Source of the DNA: an archaeon
Lineage (GTDB): Archaea; Nanobdellota; Nanobdellia; Pacearchaeales; GW2011-AR1
Direction: 5' to 3'
DNA length: 64,000 nt
Assembly (NCBI GenBank): GCA_018657525.1
Contig: JABHWZ010000003.1
Span: forward strand, 14,840-78,839
This document shows positions 46,282 through 55,281 of this stretch, one piece after another; positions within the stretch are counted from its first letter, which is position 1, and the number at the start of each line of letters is the position of its first letter. A program made the translations under genes and the position numbers. The notes under the pieces were generated by a model. It did no database searches and was not told the DNA's origin. It saw only the letters and a list, made by a program, of their open reading frames with translations.

Positions 46282-46617
46282 ATGGATGAAGAAAGAGAAG
46301 TTTTTTACGGAAAGGAGGGTATGTGTTCTGGTTATTTTGTTTTAAGGGATACGCCTCGAGGTGAGAATGTAGTTAGAGTTGAGACTTTTTTTTCGGGGGG
46401 TTTTCTTGGACAGAGAGCAGAAACTTCTGAAACAGATTTTTTTAATGTATTGACCCTTCCTTATGGGATTTATTCAGATCTTGCTGTGTCTTTTGCAAGG
46501 AACCTTAGAGAAAGTTTAAGAGATACAGATTATGGTGCGATAATTACCATGAAAAAAATTGGATCTAATGAGGTTTTAGTAAATTTTCCTAAAAGAATTA
46601 AATTAACTAGAATTTAA
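46282..46617 (+). CDS. hypothetical protein
   Basis: ORF with CTTATAAA at 46253-46260. Confidence 0.35.
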   Translation: MDEEREVFYGKEGMCSGYFVLRDTPRGENVVRVETFFSGGFLGQRAETSETDFFNVLTLPYGIYSDLAVSFARNLRESLRDTDYGAIITMKKIGSNEVLVNFPKRIKLTRI

Positions 46618-46675
46618 TGAGGGGTGGAATATTTTTTAAGTAAAACTTTTTAAATGGATAATCCATTTTTGAGAT

Positions 46676-47029
46676 ATGGAAAAAATGCTCCAATTGAATA
46701 ATCAAACAGGAATAAGTAATGATTACGTGAATGCTTTTGTGCTTTTATCTATAAATTGTATGGCGTATAGACGTCGTTTAAAAAATTTTGAATCTAATCT
46801 TCCAGCAATTCGAAGTACATTAAAAAAGTATGGGGAACGTTATCCTGCTGAAACATATGAAAAAGTAATTACGCCTAAAAATCAAAAAGCTGTTAAGAGA
46901 CTTGATGAACTTGTTGATGCGTTAAGAAATATTTTAGAAGAAGATTATTTAGAGATTGTGGCTAAAATTGATTCCCATTTATATCCTTTGCTTGATGAAG
47001 TAACCAAATTAATTTATGGTGCTTCTTAA
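46676..47029 (+). CDS. hypothetical helical protein
   Basis: 117-aa ORF. Confidence 0.35.
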   Translation: MEKMLQLNNQTGISNDYVNAFVLLSINCMAYRRRLKNFESNLPAIRSTLKKYGERYPAETYEKVITPKNQKAVKRLDELVDALRNILEEDYLEIVAKIDSHLYPLLDEVTKLIYGAS

Positions 47030-47064
47030 AATTAGCTAGTTTTTTAAGCTTTAATGTAGAAATA

Positions 47065-47072
47065 TTTATAAT
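47065..47072 (+). promoter_or_regulatory. TATA box (TTTATAAT)
   Basis: 21 nt before ATG 47094. Confidence 0.4.
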
Positions 47073-47093
47073 ACACTTTTTATTCAGTAGAAT

Positions 47094-47921
47094 ATGAAAA
47101 AAGTTGTGATTGTTTTTTTGTTTATTTTTTTGATAAGTGGATTTGTTAATGTGGATTTTTCTGCGGGTTTAGAAGATATGCCCCCAGAAGTTACAATTCT
47201 TTTTCCTGAAAATGGTTCTAGTTATGTTCGGTCTCCTTTAGCGTTGAAGTATTCTGTGTTTGATGACGTTGCTGTTGATAGATGTTGGTATTCTTTGGAC
47301 GGGGGATTATTTAATGTAACTCCTATTAGAAAGGTGGGCAATTTTACGAATCTTGTTGCTGTCGAGGGGATTAATGTTTGGACTGTTTATTGCAATGATA
47401 GTTCTGGAAATGAAGTTAGTTCTGTTGTGGAATTTATTTTTGACACTACTGGTCCTTATTTAGTTGGATTAGAAAATATTACAATTTTTGATAATGAAAG
47501 TTTGGAATATCCTATTAATTTTTCTGATGATGGCGTTGGAGTCAGTTCTTATTCGCTTTCTCCAAGGGGACTTTTTTTAATTAATAGAAACGGGTTGCTA
47601 ATAAATATTTCAGAATTAATTGTTGGAGAGTATAGTCTTAATTTCCGTGTTATGGATTTTCTTCGTAATACAAATAGTGTTGCTTTTTTGGTGAAAGTTA
47701 TTTCTTCAGATATTGAACCTCCTGAGGAAGAGCATTATAAATTAGAAAAAGAGGAAAAAGACGACGCGGATGAAGATGAAAATCAGGATGGATATGTTAC
47801 TTTGAGTGAGGTTGAGGATATTAAAAATAAATGGTTAAGAGGAGAATTAAATGAGTTGCCTTTGCATAAGGTTGCTAAAGCTGTTCATCGATGGAATAAA
47901 AAGAATCATATTAATTTTTAA
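47094..47921 (+). CDS. secreted protein with Ig-like repeats and an EF-hand/dockerin-like Ca-binding loop
   Basis: Signal peptide MKKVVIVFLFIFLISGF. DEDENQDGYVTLSEVED fits a DxDxDG loop. Confidence 0.45.
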   Translation: MKKVVIVFLFIFLISGFVNVDFSAGLEDMPPEVTILFPENGSSYVRSPLALKYSVFDDVAVDRCWYSLDGGLFNVTPIRKVGNFTNLVAVEGINVWTVYCNDSSGNEVSSVVEFIFDTTGPYLVGLENITIFDNESLEYPINFSDDGVGVSSYSLSPRGLFLINRNGLLINISELIVGEYSLNFRVMDFLRNTNSVAFLVKVISSDIEPPEEEHYKLEKEEKDDADEDENQDGYVTLSEVEDIKNKWLRGELNELPLHKVAKAVHRWNKKNHINF

Positions 47922-49099
47922 TGAGTTTCTAAATATGCAATTTCGTCTTCGTTGAGTTTGAGTTCGCTTTGTATTTTTTCATCCGATTTAATAATTTGTT
48001 TTATTATTGGGAATTCTTTTTGTGCTCTTTTTTGACCGACATGAACTAGTTTTGCATATTTTTGTGCGATGGATTTTTTCTTTGCTGTTCTTTGATTATT
48101 TAACCAAATTTTTAGGATTCTAGATGGTTTGTTATATTTTGTAAAATTTTGTTTTGAAAAGTTTGAATTTTTTGCAGCTGATATTCCAAAACTCAAAAAA
48201 ATATTTTCGTAAACCATAAATCTCCAATATTGTTGTTTGTAAATTCTGCCTTTGAATAAATCTACGTGGGCAAGTGCTTTGTAAGCTTTTGCTAATTCAA
48301 GACCGTTGTATTCTTTTGGAATGTTTTCTTCTACCCACAGAATTATATTATCCATTGAAAGTTTTACTGAATCAAATACTCTAAGGATTTCGTTTGTTGG
48401 TTGTTCTTTGAAAACTCTTTGTAATGCGTGGAAAATATCTACTTCCTTGTTTCTTTCTGCAAGTTCAATTTGTGACGGGTCTGGGAGGCTTGCTGCTGTT
48501 TGTAAATCGTTTATTGCTGCTCTTATGTCCCCTTTTGCATTAATGGATATTTTAGTTAGAACATCTGAGTCAATGAATTGTTTTTCTTTTTTTAGTACAT
48601 TAATCAAAACGTCCTTGATAATTTTGTAGTGTGGTTCCTTAATTTGAATTAGGTCGCATTTTTTTCTTAGTGCACTGAATTTTGAATTCCAGATATCATT
48701 TGCAGTTATAATTATTGGAAATTTTGTATCTGCAATTAGTCTGATTAATTCGGGGACACCTCCCCTGTCTGTTCCAGAGATTCCATCTGCTTCGTCTACT
48801 AAAATTATTTTTCCTTTTTTTATTAGAGATTGTTGTTCGATTGCAGGTTTAAGAACTTCTTGTAATTTAGTTTTATTTCTGAAGTCAGATGCATTTAATT
48901 CAAAAATTTCTGAGTCTGTTTCAATTGCTGCAACTAATGCTAAAGTTGTTTTTCCGGTTCCAGGTGGGCCGTGCAAAATTATTGCTTTCTTTTTTGTTTT
49001 AGGAAAATTAGTGATAAAATTTTCAATTGTTACAACTGCTTCTTCTTGCCCTCTAATTTCTTCAAATTTTTTTGGACGGTGTATTTCTGTCCATGGCAT
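47918..49099 (-). CDS. rfcL: replication factor C large subunit (short form)
   Basis: [41 protein letters not shown], and a sensor region. Confidence 0.85.
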   Translation of the reverse strand: MPWTEIHRPKKFEEIRGQEEAVVTIENFITNFPKTKKKAIILHGPPGTGKTTLALVAAIETDSEIFELNASDFRNKTKLQEVLKPAIEQQSLIKKGKIILVDEADGISGTDRGGVPELIRLIADTKFPIIITANDIWNSKFSALRKKCDLIQIKEPHYKIIKDVLINVLKKEKQFIDSDVLTKISINAKGDIRAAINDLQTAASLPDPSQIELAERNKEVDIFHALQRVFKEQPTNEILRVFDSVKLSMDNIILWVEENIPKEYNGLELAKAYKALAHVDLFKGRIYKQQYWRFMVYENIFLSFGISAAKNSNFSKQNFTKYNKPSRILKIWLNNQRTAKKKSIAQKYAKLVHVGQKRAQKEFPIIKQIIKSDEKIQSELKLNEDEIAYLETH

Positions 49100-49171
49100 T
49101 TTATTTTAAGTCCTCCATTTTAATAATGTTGATAATGGATTTGAATTTATAAATAATTGTGTGATTCAAAG

Positions 49172-49561
49172 TTATTTTCTACAAAGAGAGTGATCGCTTC
49201 TCGCAATTTTAGCAAAGTGTGCTTTTTCTTTGGAAGTTAGGGCTGTTCCAAAGTAAGTTCCCTTTCCATATTCTGTTTCTATTTTTTCTATTCTTGAAAT
49301 GAATTTTTTTATTTGGGGAATTTTGTAAGGTTTTTGAGGAGAGTACGTGGTGCTAGTAAAGAGGATTTTTGTGGAAGTTGTTTGAAGTTGATTTAAAGTG
49401 TTTAAGTGTCTTGTAATATCTTCTTGTGTTTGGGAATTTCTTTGATATTTTTTTCTTCCTTTTGAATCATAGACACTTGTAAATACTATGGGATATCTTT
49501 CTGATATTTCTTGAAGTTTGTTTTCAAGATTTTTTATTGTTTGTAGTTTGAAAAATAGCAT
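49172..49561 (-). CDS. hypothetical protein, paralog of 50317..50733
   Basis: Shares QTIxNLExKLQEISERYP and a ..YSP.K......I..F..R.E.IE...GKG.Y.. pattern with the other copy. Confidence 0.45.
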   Translation of the reverse strand: MLFFKLQTIKNLENKLQEISERYPIVFTSVYDSKGRKKYQRNSQTQEDITRHLNTLNQLQTTSTKILFTSTTYSPQKPYKIPQIKKFISRIEKIETEYGKGTYFGTALTSKEKAHFAKIARSDHSLCRK

Positions 49562-49562
49562 T

Positions 49563-49943
49563 TTAGTTGCCTCTGGCATGATTTAAATAAGGTAAATATT
49601 CTCTTTCTAATCTTTTTAATTCTTTGTGGGATAATCTTCTCGGATTTTCGCAGAACTCTTCAGCCTCGGGTAGCTGTGCTAGGAGTAGTTCAGCTTTTTC
49701 TTTTTCTACTCGTGCTCTTATTTGTTCTCCAGTTAATTTGAGGCTGGTTCTCCAAGAGTATATATCAAAAACTATCAAATGTGGATGCTCTTCTTTTAGT
49801 TCTCTTATATCTTTTAGATATTGTACATAAGATTCTGGTGATTGATCTATTTCAGGGGGTGATTGTTTACTTGCGGATTTGACTGCTTCTACAAGTGCAG
49901 TATATCTTGCTGGGTAATCTTTTCCTATTATTAAAATTTTCAT
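49563..49943 (-). CDS. hypothetical protein
   Basis: 126-aa ORF with an ATGA overlap with the upstream gene. Confidence 0.4.
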   Translation of the reverse strand: MKILIIGKDYPARYTALVEAVKSASKQSPPEIDQSPESYVQYLKDIRELKEEHPHLIVFDIYSWRTSLKLTGEQIRARVEKEKAELLLAQLPEAEEFCENPRRLSHKELKRLEREYLPYLNHARGN

Positions 49944-50308
49944 TTTATTTTTTTTAATATTAATGCAGATCCTTTTGGATCCCTTGGATTTTCTAATCCT
50001 CTTCTTTCTATTTCTTCTCTATGTTCTTTTAAGATTGGATTGAATTCTATTTGATAGTTTGTTGGAAGTACCCAAAGACATTCTCTGTTTTTGCGCCCTC
50101 TTTTTTCTCCTTTACTTAAAACTTGATAGACTCTTCCTTCGGGAATATCCGTCGCATAATCTCCTCTTTCTAAGGGAGATTTTAGATAACTGCCTTGGAT
50201 AAATCTTTTAGATAATGATAATGAATGTTCTTGAGTTTTAAAATTAATACCATGAATTTGATATTTTAATTTTGTCGTTTTTATTCTTTTGGGTAGATTT
50301 ATTTTCAT
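49940..50308 (-). CDS. hypothetical basic protein
   Basis: 122-aa ORF. Confidence 0.4.
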   Translation of the reverse strand: MKINLPKRIKTTKLKYQIHGINFKTQEHSLSLSKRFIQGSYLKSPLERGDYATDIPEGRVYQVLSKGEKRGRKNRECLWVLPTNYQIEFNPILKEHREEIERRGLENPRDPKGSALILKKIK

Positions 50309-50316
50309 TTTATTTT

Positions 50317-50733
50317 TTAATGGCCATATTTTTTATGAAATGCTTCTGTTTCTTCTCTTTCCTCTTCAGGTGTCATGGCTGATATAGAATATGCTCCTTT
50401 TCCTGAAATAGATTCTATTTCTTCAACTCTTCTTACAAATCCTTCTATTCTCATTAATGTTCCTCGTTTCATGGGAGAATATCTTAGTTTGGTTAATGGA
50501 ATTCTTTTTGATTTATCTTTTAATGTCCTTAAAGTTGAAATGTGTTCTTGGATTTCTTGTTGGGTTAGATAATTAAAATGTCCTTTAAAACATTTGTTTT
50601 CTTCTTCATTGGATTTACTCGCTCCTATCTCTTGTGCCAGTTCTATTAAATTTCTTGCTCCCGCTGGATATCTTTCAGATATTTCTTGAAGTTTGCTTTC
50701 AAGATTTTCTATTGTTTGTGGTTTTAAAAACAT
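50317..50733 (-). CDS. hypothetical protein, paralog of 49172..49561
   Basis: See the paralog entry. Confidence 0.45.
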   Translation of the reverse strand: MFLKPQTIENLESKLQEISERYPAGARNLIELAQEIGASKSNEEENKCFKGHFNYLTQQEIQEHISTLRTLKDKSKRIPLTKLRYSPMKRGTLMRIEGFVRRVEEIESISGKGAYSISAMTPEEEREETEAFHKKYGH

Positions 50734-50751
50734 TTTAGTTTGTCATAATTA

Positions 50752-50834
50752 TAATTCAATCAGCCCACCCTTATTGTGGAATTCCGCGAACCCAAATTGC
50801 AAAACATAAAAGATGTTTTGTTATGATTAAATTA
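50752..50834 (+). mobile_element. MITE-like element A, copy 3 (diverged)
   Basis: TAATTCAATCAGCCCA...CCGCGAACCCAAATTGCAAAA-hairpin-TTATGATTAAATTA. Confidence 0.6.
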
Positions 50835-50885
50835 TAATTATTTTTATTAATGAATGTATTTTTATTCCTTTCCTAATCCTGCTAA

Positions 50886-50919
50886 GATACCCTAAAGGGC
50901 ACGAGAATCCTTGCAGTTA
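50886..50919. repeat. about 34-nt insert (GATACCCTAAAGGGCACGAGAATCCTTGCAGTTA) between two copies of the rfcS 3' end
   Basis: See findings. Confidence 0.85.
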
Positions 50920-51882
50920 TCATTCTTTTCCAAGTCCTGCAAGGACAAAACTTGCTAATAGAGCTTGGAGTTGAATAAATGGGTCAGAACCCTCGACGAT
51001 TCTAAATTCAGCCTCTCCTGTTTTTTCAGTTAGTTTAACTTTTATTTCTGGTTCAACTGGGAGGTTCCAAATTTCTTTTTGAATTCCCTTGATTACATCT
51101 TGACCTGAGATTGATTCTTTTAACATTACGTCTAAAAGTTTTTCTCTTGCCTTTAAGAAATCTCCTGATAAAGCGTAATCTAAAACTACTTTGATATCTT
51201 TTGGTTTTGCATTAGAGATAATTGTTTCAACTAGTTGAGAAGTTATGTTTGGGGATATTGAAGCAGTTGATTGAATAATGTTTGTTGCCCGACGGCAGTC
51301 GCCTTCTGAACCTTCATAGATAATTTCATATGCGTCTGGATTAATTGTTAATCTTTCGTTTTCAGCTATATGTTTTAAATATTCTTCAATGTCTTTTTTT
51401 TCTAGTAATTTGAATCTGAAAAGAGCGCATCGTGACTGTATTGGATCGATTATTTTGCTTGAGTAATTACATGATAATATAAATCTACAGGTCGCTGAGT
51501 AATTTTCCATTGTTCTTCTCAGGGCTTGTTGAGCTTCGGGGGTTAATGCGTCTGCCTCGTCGAGAAATATGACTTTGAATGGGACACCGCCAATGGATTT
51601 TGTTCGCGCGAAATTTTTAACTTTTTCTCTAACTATTTGGATTCCTCGTTCATCAGAAGCGTTTAGTTCTAAGTAATTGTCTTTCCAGTCTTTGCCGAAA
51701 AGTTGCTTTACGATAATTAATGCTAGTGTTGATTTGCCTGTTCCTGCTGGGCCTGCAAAGAGTAGATGTGGGATATTTAGCGAATTAGTCAGGGCTTCTA
51801 ATCTTTTGATTATGTCTGTTTGACCAACGACTTCGGAGAATTTTGAGGGTCTATATTTTTCAGTCCAGATTTCAGATGTCAT
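50920..51882 (-). CDS. rfcS: replication factor C small subunit
   Basis: WTEKYRP, FAGPAGTGKST, FLDEADALT, SCNYSSKII and SRCA motifs. Confidence 0.95.
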   Translation of the reverse strand: MTSEIWTEKYRPSKFSEVVGQTDIIKRLEALTNSLNIPHLLFAGPAGTGKSTLALIIVKQLFGKDWKDNYLELNASDERGIQIVREKVKNFARTKSIGGVPFKVIFLDEADALTPEAQQALRRTMENYSATCRFILSCNYSSKIIDPIQSRCALFRFKLLEKKDIEEYLKHIAENERLTINPDAYEIIYEGSEGDCRRATNIIQSTASISPNITSQLVETIISNAKPKDIKVVLDYALSGDFLKAREKLLDVMLKESISGQDVIKGIQKEIWNLPVEPEIKVKLTEKTGEAEFRIVEGSDPFIQLQALLASFVLAGLGKE

Positions 51883-51981
51883 ATTTTAATTTAGATGATT
51901 TGGCTTATAAATATTGTTATGGTTAATAGATAGAATTGGGGGGGTTAGTAAGAAGGAATTGTTAATGTTTTCTTCTCTGCA

Positions 51982-52200
51982 TTATGGTAGATATAATTCG
52001 GAATAATCACTTTCTGGAGCAGTAAGATTTTCTATTTCTGGATAGTTTACAAATTCTTCTAAGAGTTCAACTATTTGATCCTTCTCAACACTATCTAATT
52101 GAATTTTTCCTCTTTCTAAATCTTCTAAAAAATTAAGGGTTCTTTTTACTAGTCTTTGAACATCATTTTCACATTTTTTCCCTGTTGGATAATATGCCAT
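51982..52200 (-). CDS. hypothetical small protein
   Basis: 72-aa ORF. Confidence 0.3.
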   Translation of the reverse strand: MAYYPTGKKCENDVQRLVKRTLNFLEDLERGKIQLDSVEKDQIVELLEEFVNYPEIENLTAPESDYSELYLP

Positions 52201-52221
52201 ATTAAATCTTTAACTTATTTT

Positions 52222-52563
52222 TTAATAAGCATCAACTCTCACAAATTCATTTTTTCTATTTCGGTATAATCTAGCTAATAAGCTTGAATTTTTGGAGTTA
52301 GTAGATACTTCCAAAGTTAGTTCTGTCCCGTGAGTATTTCCCCTATATTGATGGCTTTCTAGTTCTAACCAATAATCTTCTTTTGGACAATATCTTGATT
52401 GTTCTCCATCTTCTAGTCCTGTATTTTTATAACCTAATGTACTTTTATGATTGTCTGTTAGTTGTAATGTTCCTGAACAACTTGGGCATCTAGTTAATTT
52501 AAGTTCTCGGAATATTTCTGTTACAATTTCTTGATTTAGGGGAATTTTTCTTCTTTTACTCAT
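52222..52563 (-). CDS. hypothetical protein with a CPSC zinc-knuckle
   Basis: 113-aa ORF. Confidence 0.35.
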   Translation of the reverse strand: MSKRRKIPLNQEIVTEIFRELKLTRCPSCSGTLQLTDNHKSTLGYKNTGLEDGEQSRYCPKEDYWLELESHQYRGNTHGTELTLEVSTNSKNSSLLARLYRNRKNEFVRVDAY

Positions 52564-52623
52564 ATTAATAAAATAATTATTCTCCTTTTAAAAATAAATC
52601 TATTCTCTAAACTCTATTTAGAA

Positions 52624-52740
52624 TTATCTAGATCTCGCTCTTCTTACTTTTCTCTTTCGCTTTTCTTTTCTAAGTTTTTTACGTTGCCACTTCCAACGCA
52701 TTTGTCCTTTCTTTTTCCATCTACGGCTTGATCTTTTCAT
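52624..52740 (-). CDS. rpl41e: ribosomal protein L41e (38 aa; below the ORF-track cutoff)
   Basis: Hand translation MKRSSRRWKKKGQMRWKWQRKKLRKEKRKRKVRRARSR* shows the extreme Arg/Lys/Trp composition and size typical of L41e. Confidence 0.7.
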   Translation of the reverse strand: MKRSSRRWKKKGQMRWKWQRKKLRKEKRKRKVRRARSR

Positions 52741-52794
52741 AAGAATTCTTAGAGAAATTGGTTTAAAAAGGTTTTGGGAAGAAAATTTGGGGGT

Positions 52795-53448
52795 TTATCT
52801 ACTTCTTTTAATTCCAATTTTTTTACAGAATTTGTTAAGTGGACATTTTGAGCACCAAGGAGAAATCGGTTGGCAGATTTCTCGTCCGAATTGAACAAAA
52901 ATTGAATTAAATTTTTGCCAGTATTTTTTTGGAAGGATTTGTTCGAGTGCGGTTTCGGTTTTTTCTGGAGTTTTGGTTTGAATCCATCCTATTCTATTTG
53001 GGATTCTGTGGCAGTGTGTATCTATTGGAAGCACGGGCTGATTGTATGCAAAATTTAAAACTATATTCGCTGTTTTTGGTCCAATTCCTTTTATAGATAA
53101 AAGTTCTTCTTTTGTTTTTGGAACTTGGGAATTGAATTTGTTTATTAATTCTTGAGAAACATGTTTTAATGTTTGGGCTTTTTTGTGATAATGTCCTGAA
53201 GAAAAAATTAATTTTTCTAATTTTTTGATTGAAAGTTTTAATATTTGTTTTGGTGTATCAGCTACTTTGAAAAGTTGTTTTGAAACTTTTTCTGTATTTT
53301 CATCTCGGGCTCTTAGAGAAAGTAAACAAGAAATTAAAATTTTAAAAGGATTTGTTTTGTCTTCTTGGCTCATCCTATTTAGAGTGGTAACTCCTCTATT
53401 AGGATATTTTTTAGAGAGGATTTTCATAATTTTATTAATATTTTTCAT
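52795..53448 (-). CDS. nth: endonuclease III (HhH-GPD, 4Fe-4S)
   Basis: LLSIKGIGPKTANIVL HhH. C-x6-C-x2-C-x5-C cluster CQPISPWCSKCPLNKFC. Start at MKNINK, 10 nt after the upstream stop. Confidence 0.85.
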   Translation of the reverse strand: MKNINKIMKILSKKYPNRGVTTLNRMSQEDKTNPFKILISCLLSLRARDENTEKVSKQLFKVADTPKQILKLSIKKLEKLIFSSGHYHKKAQTLKHVSQELINKFNSQVPKTKEELLSIKGIGPKTANIVLNFAYNQPVLPIDTHCHRIPNRIGWIQTKTPEKTETALEQILPKKYWQKFNSIFVQFGREICQPISPWCSKCPLNKFCKKIGIKRSR

Positions 53449-53458
53449 AAAGAATTGT

Positions 53459-54043
53459 TTATTTTTTTCTATATAAAATTTTGCCAAATGCATTTTTTGC
53501 GATTCCTGCGGCGTTTCCTTCGTCAGTATCTAAATGTAATGCCAGATTTCCTTCTTTGATTCTTACAATTACATCTTGGAAAATTATTTTCCTCTTATTG
53601 TCCACTTGGATATTTATTTTTTGTTTATCTTTTAATTTTAATTCTATTGCGTCTTCTTTTGAAAGATGTAAGTGGTTTTTAGCAATTATTATTGAAGATT
53701 TTATTTTTCCTTCAGGCCCATAAACTATAATTTTGGAAGTGTCGAAAAGATTTCCGGATATTCTAATTTCAGGAAGTGGGCTTAGTTTGAGATTGTATGC
53801 GTCAGTAAGAGAGATTTCTATTTGAGATTTTTTTCTTAATGGACCTAAAACAAGTAATTTTAATTCGTTGTTTTTATTTTTTATTTTAACTTTATCTATT
53901 GTTGAAAATTCTCCTTTTTGAGAAAGCATTTTTATTGGATTTAGTTTGTGGTCTTTTCCAAATAAAATTTTCATATCTGTTTCTGAAAGATGAATGTGTC
54001 TTCCCGAAATTTCTATTGGAATTTTTGTTTTTAAAATTTTCAT
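53459..54043 (-). CDS. pduL: PduL-type phosphate acyltransferase
   Basis: Two PduL half-domains with SGRHIHLS and AKNHLHLS, and HLDTDEGNAAG at the C-terminus. Confidence 0.75.
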   Translation of the reverse strand: MKILKTKIPIEISGRHIHLSETDMKILFGKDHKLNPIKMLSQKGEFSTIDKVKIKNKNNELKLLVLGPLRKKSQIEISLTDAYNLKLSPLPEIRISGNLFDTSKIIVYGPEGKIKSSIIIAKNHLHLSKEDAIELKLKDKQKINIQVDNKRKIIFQDVIVRIKEGNLALHLDTDEGNAAGIAKNAFGKILYRKK

Positions 54044-55074
54044 ATTATTTTTAATACTTCATTTAATATTATTTTTTCCTCATTTGTTTTACGAACATAA
54101 ACTTTTACTTTTGAAGTTCTGGATGATATTATTTCTTTGTTTTGTAAGTTTTTATTCTTATCTAATTTGATTTTTAAAAATTCTAAGTGACTGCAAATGT
54201 CTTTTCTTAATTTTGAAACATTTTCTCCGATTGGTCCTGTGAAGACTAAATTGTTTAGTCCGTTGAGTGCTGCAGTGTATGCTCCGATTTGTTTAGTTAT
54301 TTGATAGCACAGTATTTCGTAAGCTAGTTTATTGTTTGGTTTGCGGAGATTTTTTATTATTTTTCTGAAGTCTGAAAAGCCGGAAATTGCTTTTAGTCCT
54401 GATTGAGTATTTAAAATTTTATTTGTGTTAAATCCTTTTTTTTCTAAAAAGATTACTAATCCAGAGTCTATGTTTCCTGAACGAGTTGCCATTATTATTC
54501 CTTCATTGGGGGTTAGTCCCATTGTAGTATCTATTGAAATTTTATTTTTTATAGCAGTTATGCTTATTCCTGCCCCTAAATGGCAGGTGATAGTTTTTCC
54601 TTTTAAATTTTCTGAAACTGATTTATGTGAAAGCCCGTGAAATCCGTATTTTTGTAGGGAATATTTTTTTGCAATTTTTTTTGGGATTGGATAAATTTTT
54701 GCAACTTTGGGAAGTTTGGAAAAGAATTGAGTATCAAATACTGCATATTGTTTTGGGTTTATTTTTTCGGCTAAGTTTATAATTAATAGTTGTTTTGGAT
54801 TGTGGAGAGGAGCAAATTGGGAAAATTTTTTTATTTGATTTTTTATTTTTGAATTTATTCTGGAAGGTTTTTTGATTTCTCCTCCGTGGACAACTCGATG
54901 GATTATTAAATCAACTTTTTTCTTTTTGACTGATTCTTTTATTTTATTGAATGATTTTATGTAATCTGATTTGCTTTTTAGTTTTTCGTATTTGTTTGAA
55001 ATGATTAATTTTTTATTTTGAAATAAACTATATTTTATTGAAGAGCTTCCTACATTGAAAATTAGTATTTGCAT
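54040..55074 (-). CDS. ackA: acetate/propionate kinase (short form)
   Basis: ILIFNVGSSSIKYSLF, HRVVHGG, GFHGLSH, CHLGAGISITAI and TTMGLTPNEG. Confidence 0.8.
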   Translation of the reverse strand: MQILIFNVGSSSIKYSLFQNKKLIISNKYEKLKSKSDYIKSFNKIKESVKKKKVDLIIHRVVHGGEIKKPSRINSKIKNQIKKFSQFAPLHNPKQLLIINLAEKINPKQYAVFDTQFFSKLPKVAKIYPIPKKIAKKYSLQKYGFHGLSHKSVSENLKGKTITCHLGAGISITAIKNKISIDTTMGLTPNEGIIMATRSGNIDSGLVIFLEKKGFNTNKILNTQSGLKAISGFSDFRKIIKNLRKPNNKLAYEILCYQITKQIGAYTAALNGLNNLVFTGPIGENVSKLRKDICSHLEFLKIKLDKNKNLQNKEIISSRTSKVKVYVRKTNEEKIILNEVLKII

Positions 55075-55140
55075 TTTTCACCTTATAAATAAATAGGAAA
55101 ATGATTATATAAATGTATTTTAGAAAACGCCCTCGCCGAA

Positions 55141-55281
55141 AAAGTTCCCAACCCTGATTTTTAATTTTATAATTTACTTTCAGGATTTAATTAAAATCAA
55201 AGTTGCTCATCGAACTTATAAAAAGCTTTCTGAATTTACTCCAAAACTCTACGAGTTTAACAGCATTTAACAATGCTGGTT
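55141..55281 (-). repeat. 141-nt insert with the same TTCCCAACCCTGATTTTT...AAAATCAAAGTTGCTC module, bracketed by 14-nt tRNA-Glu 3'-end copies
   Basis: acgccctcgccgaa at 55127-55140 and 55282-55295. Confidence 0.85.
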
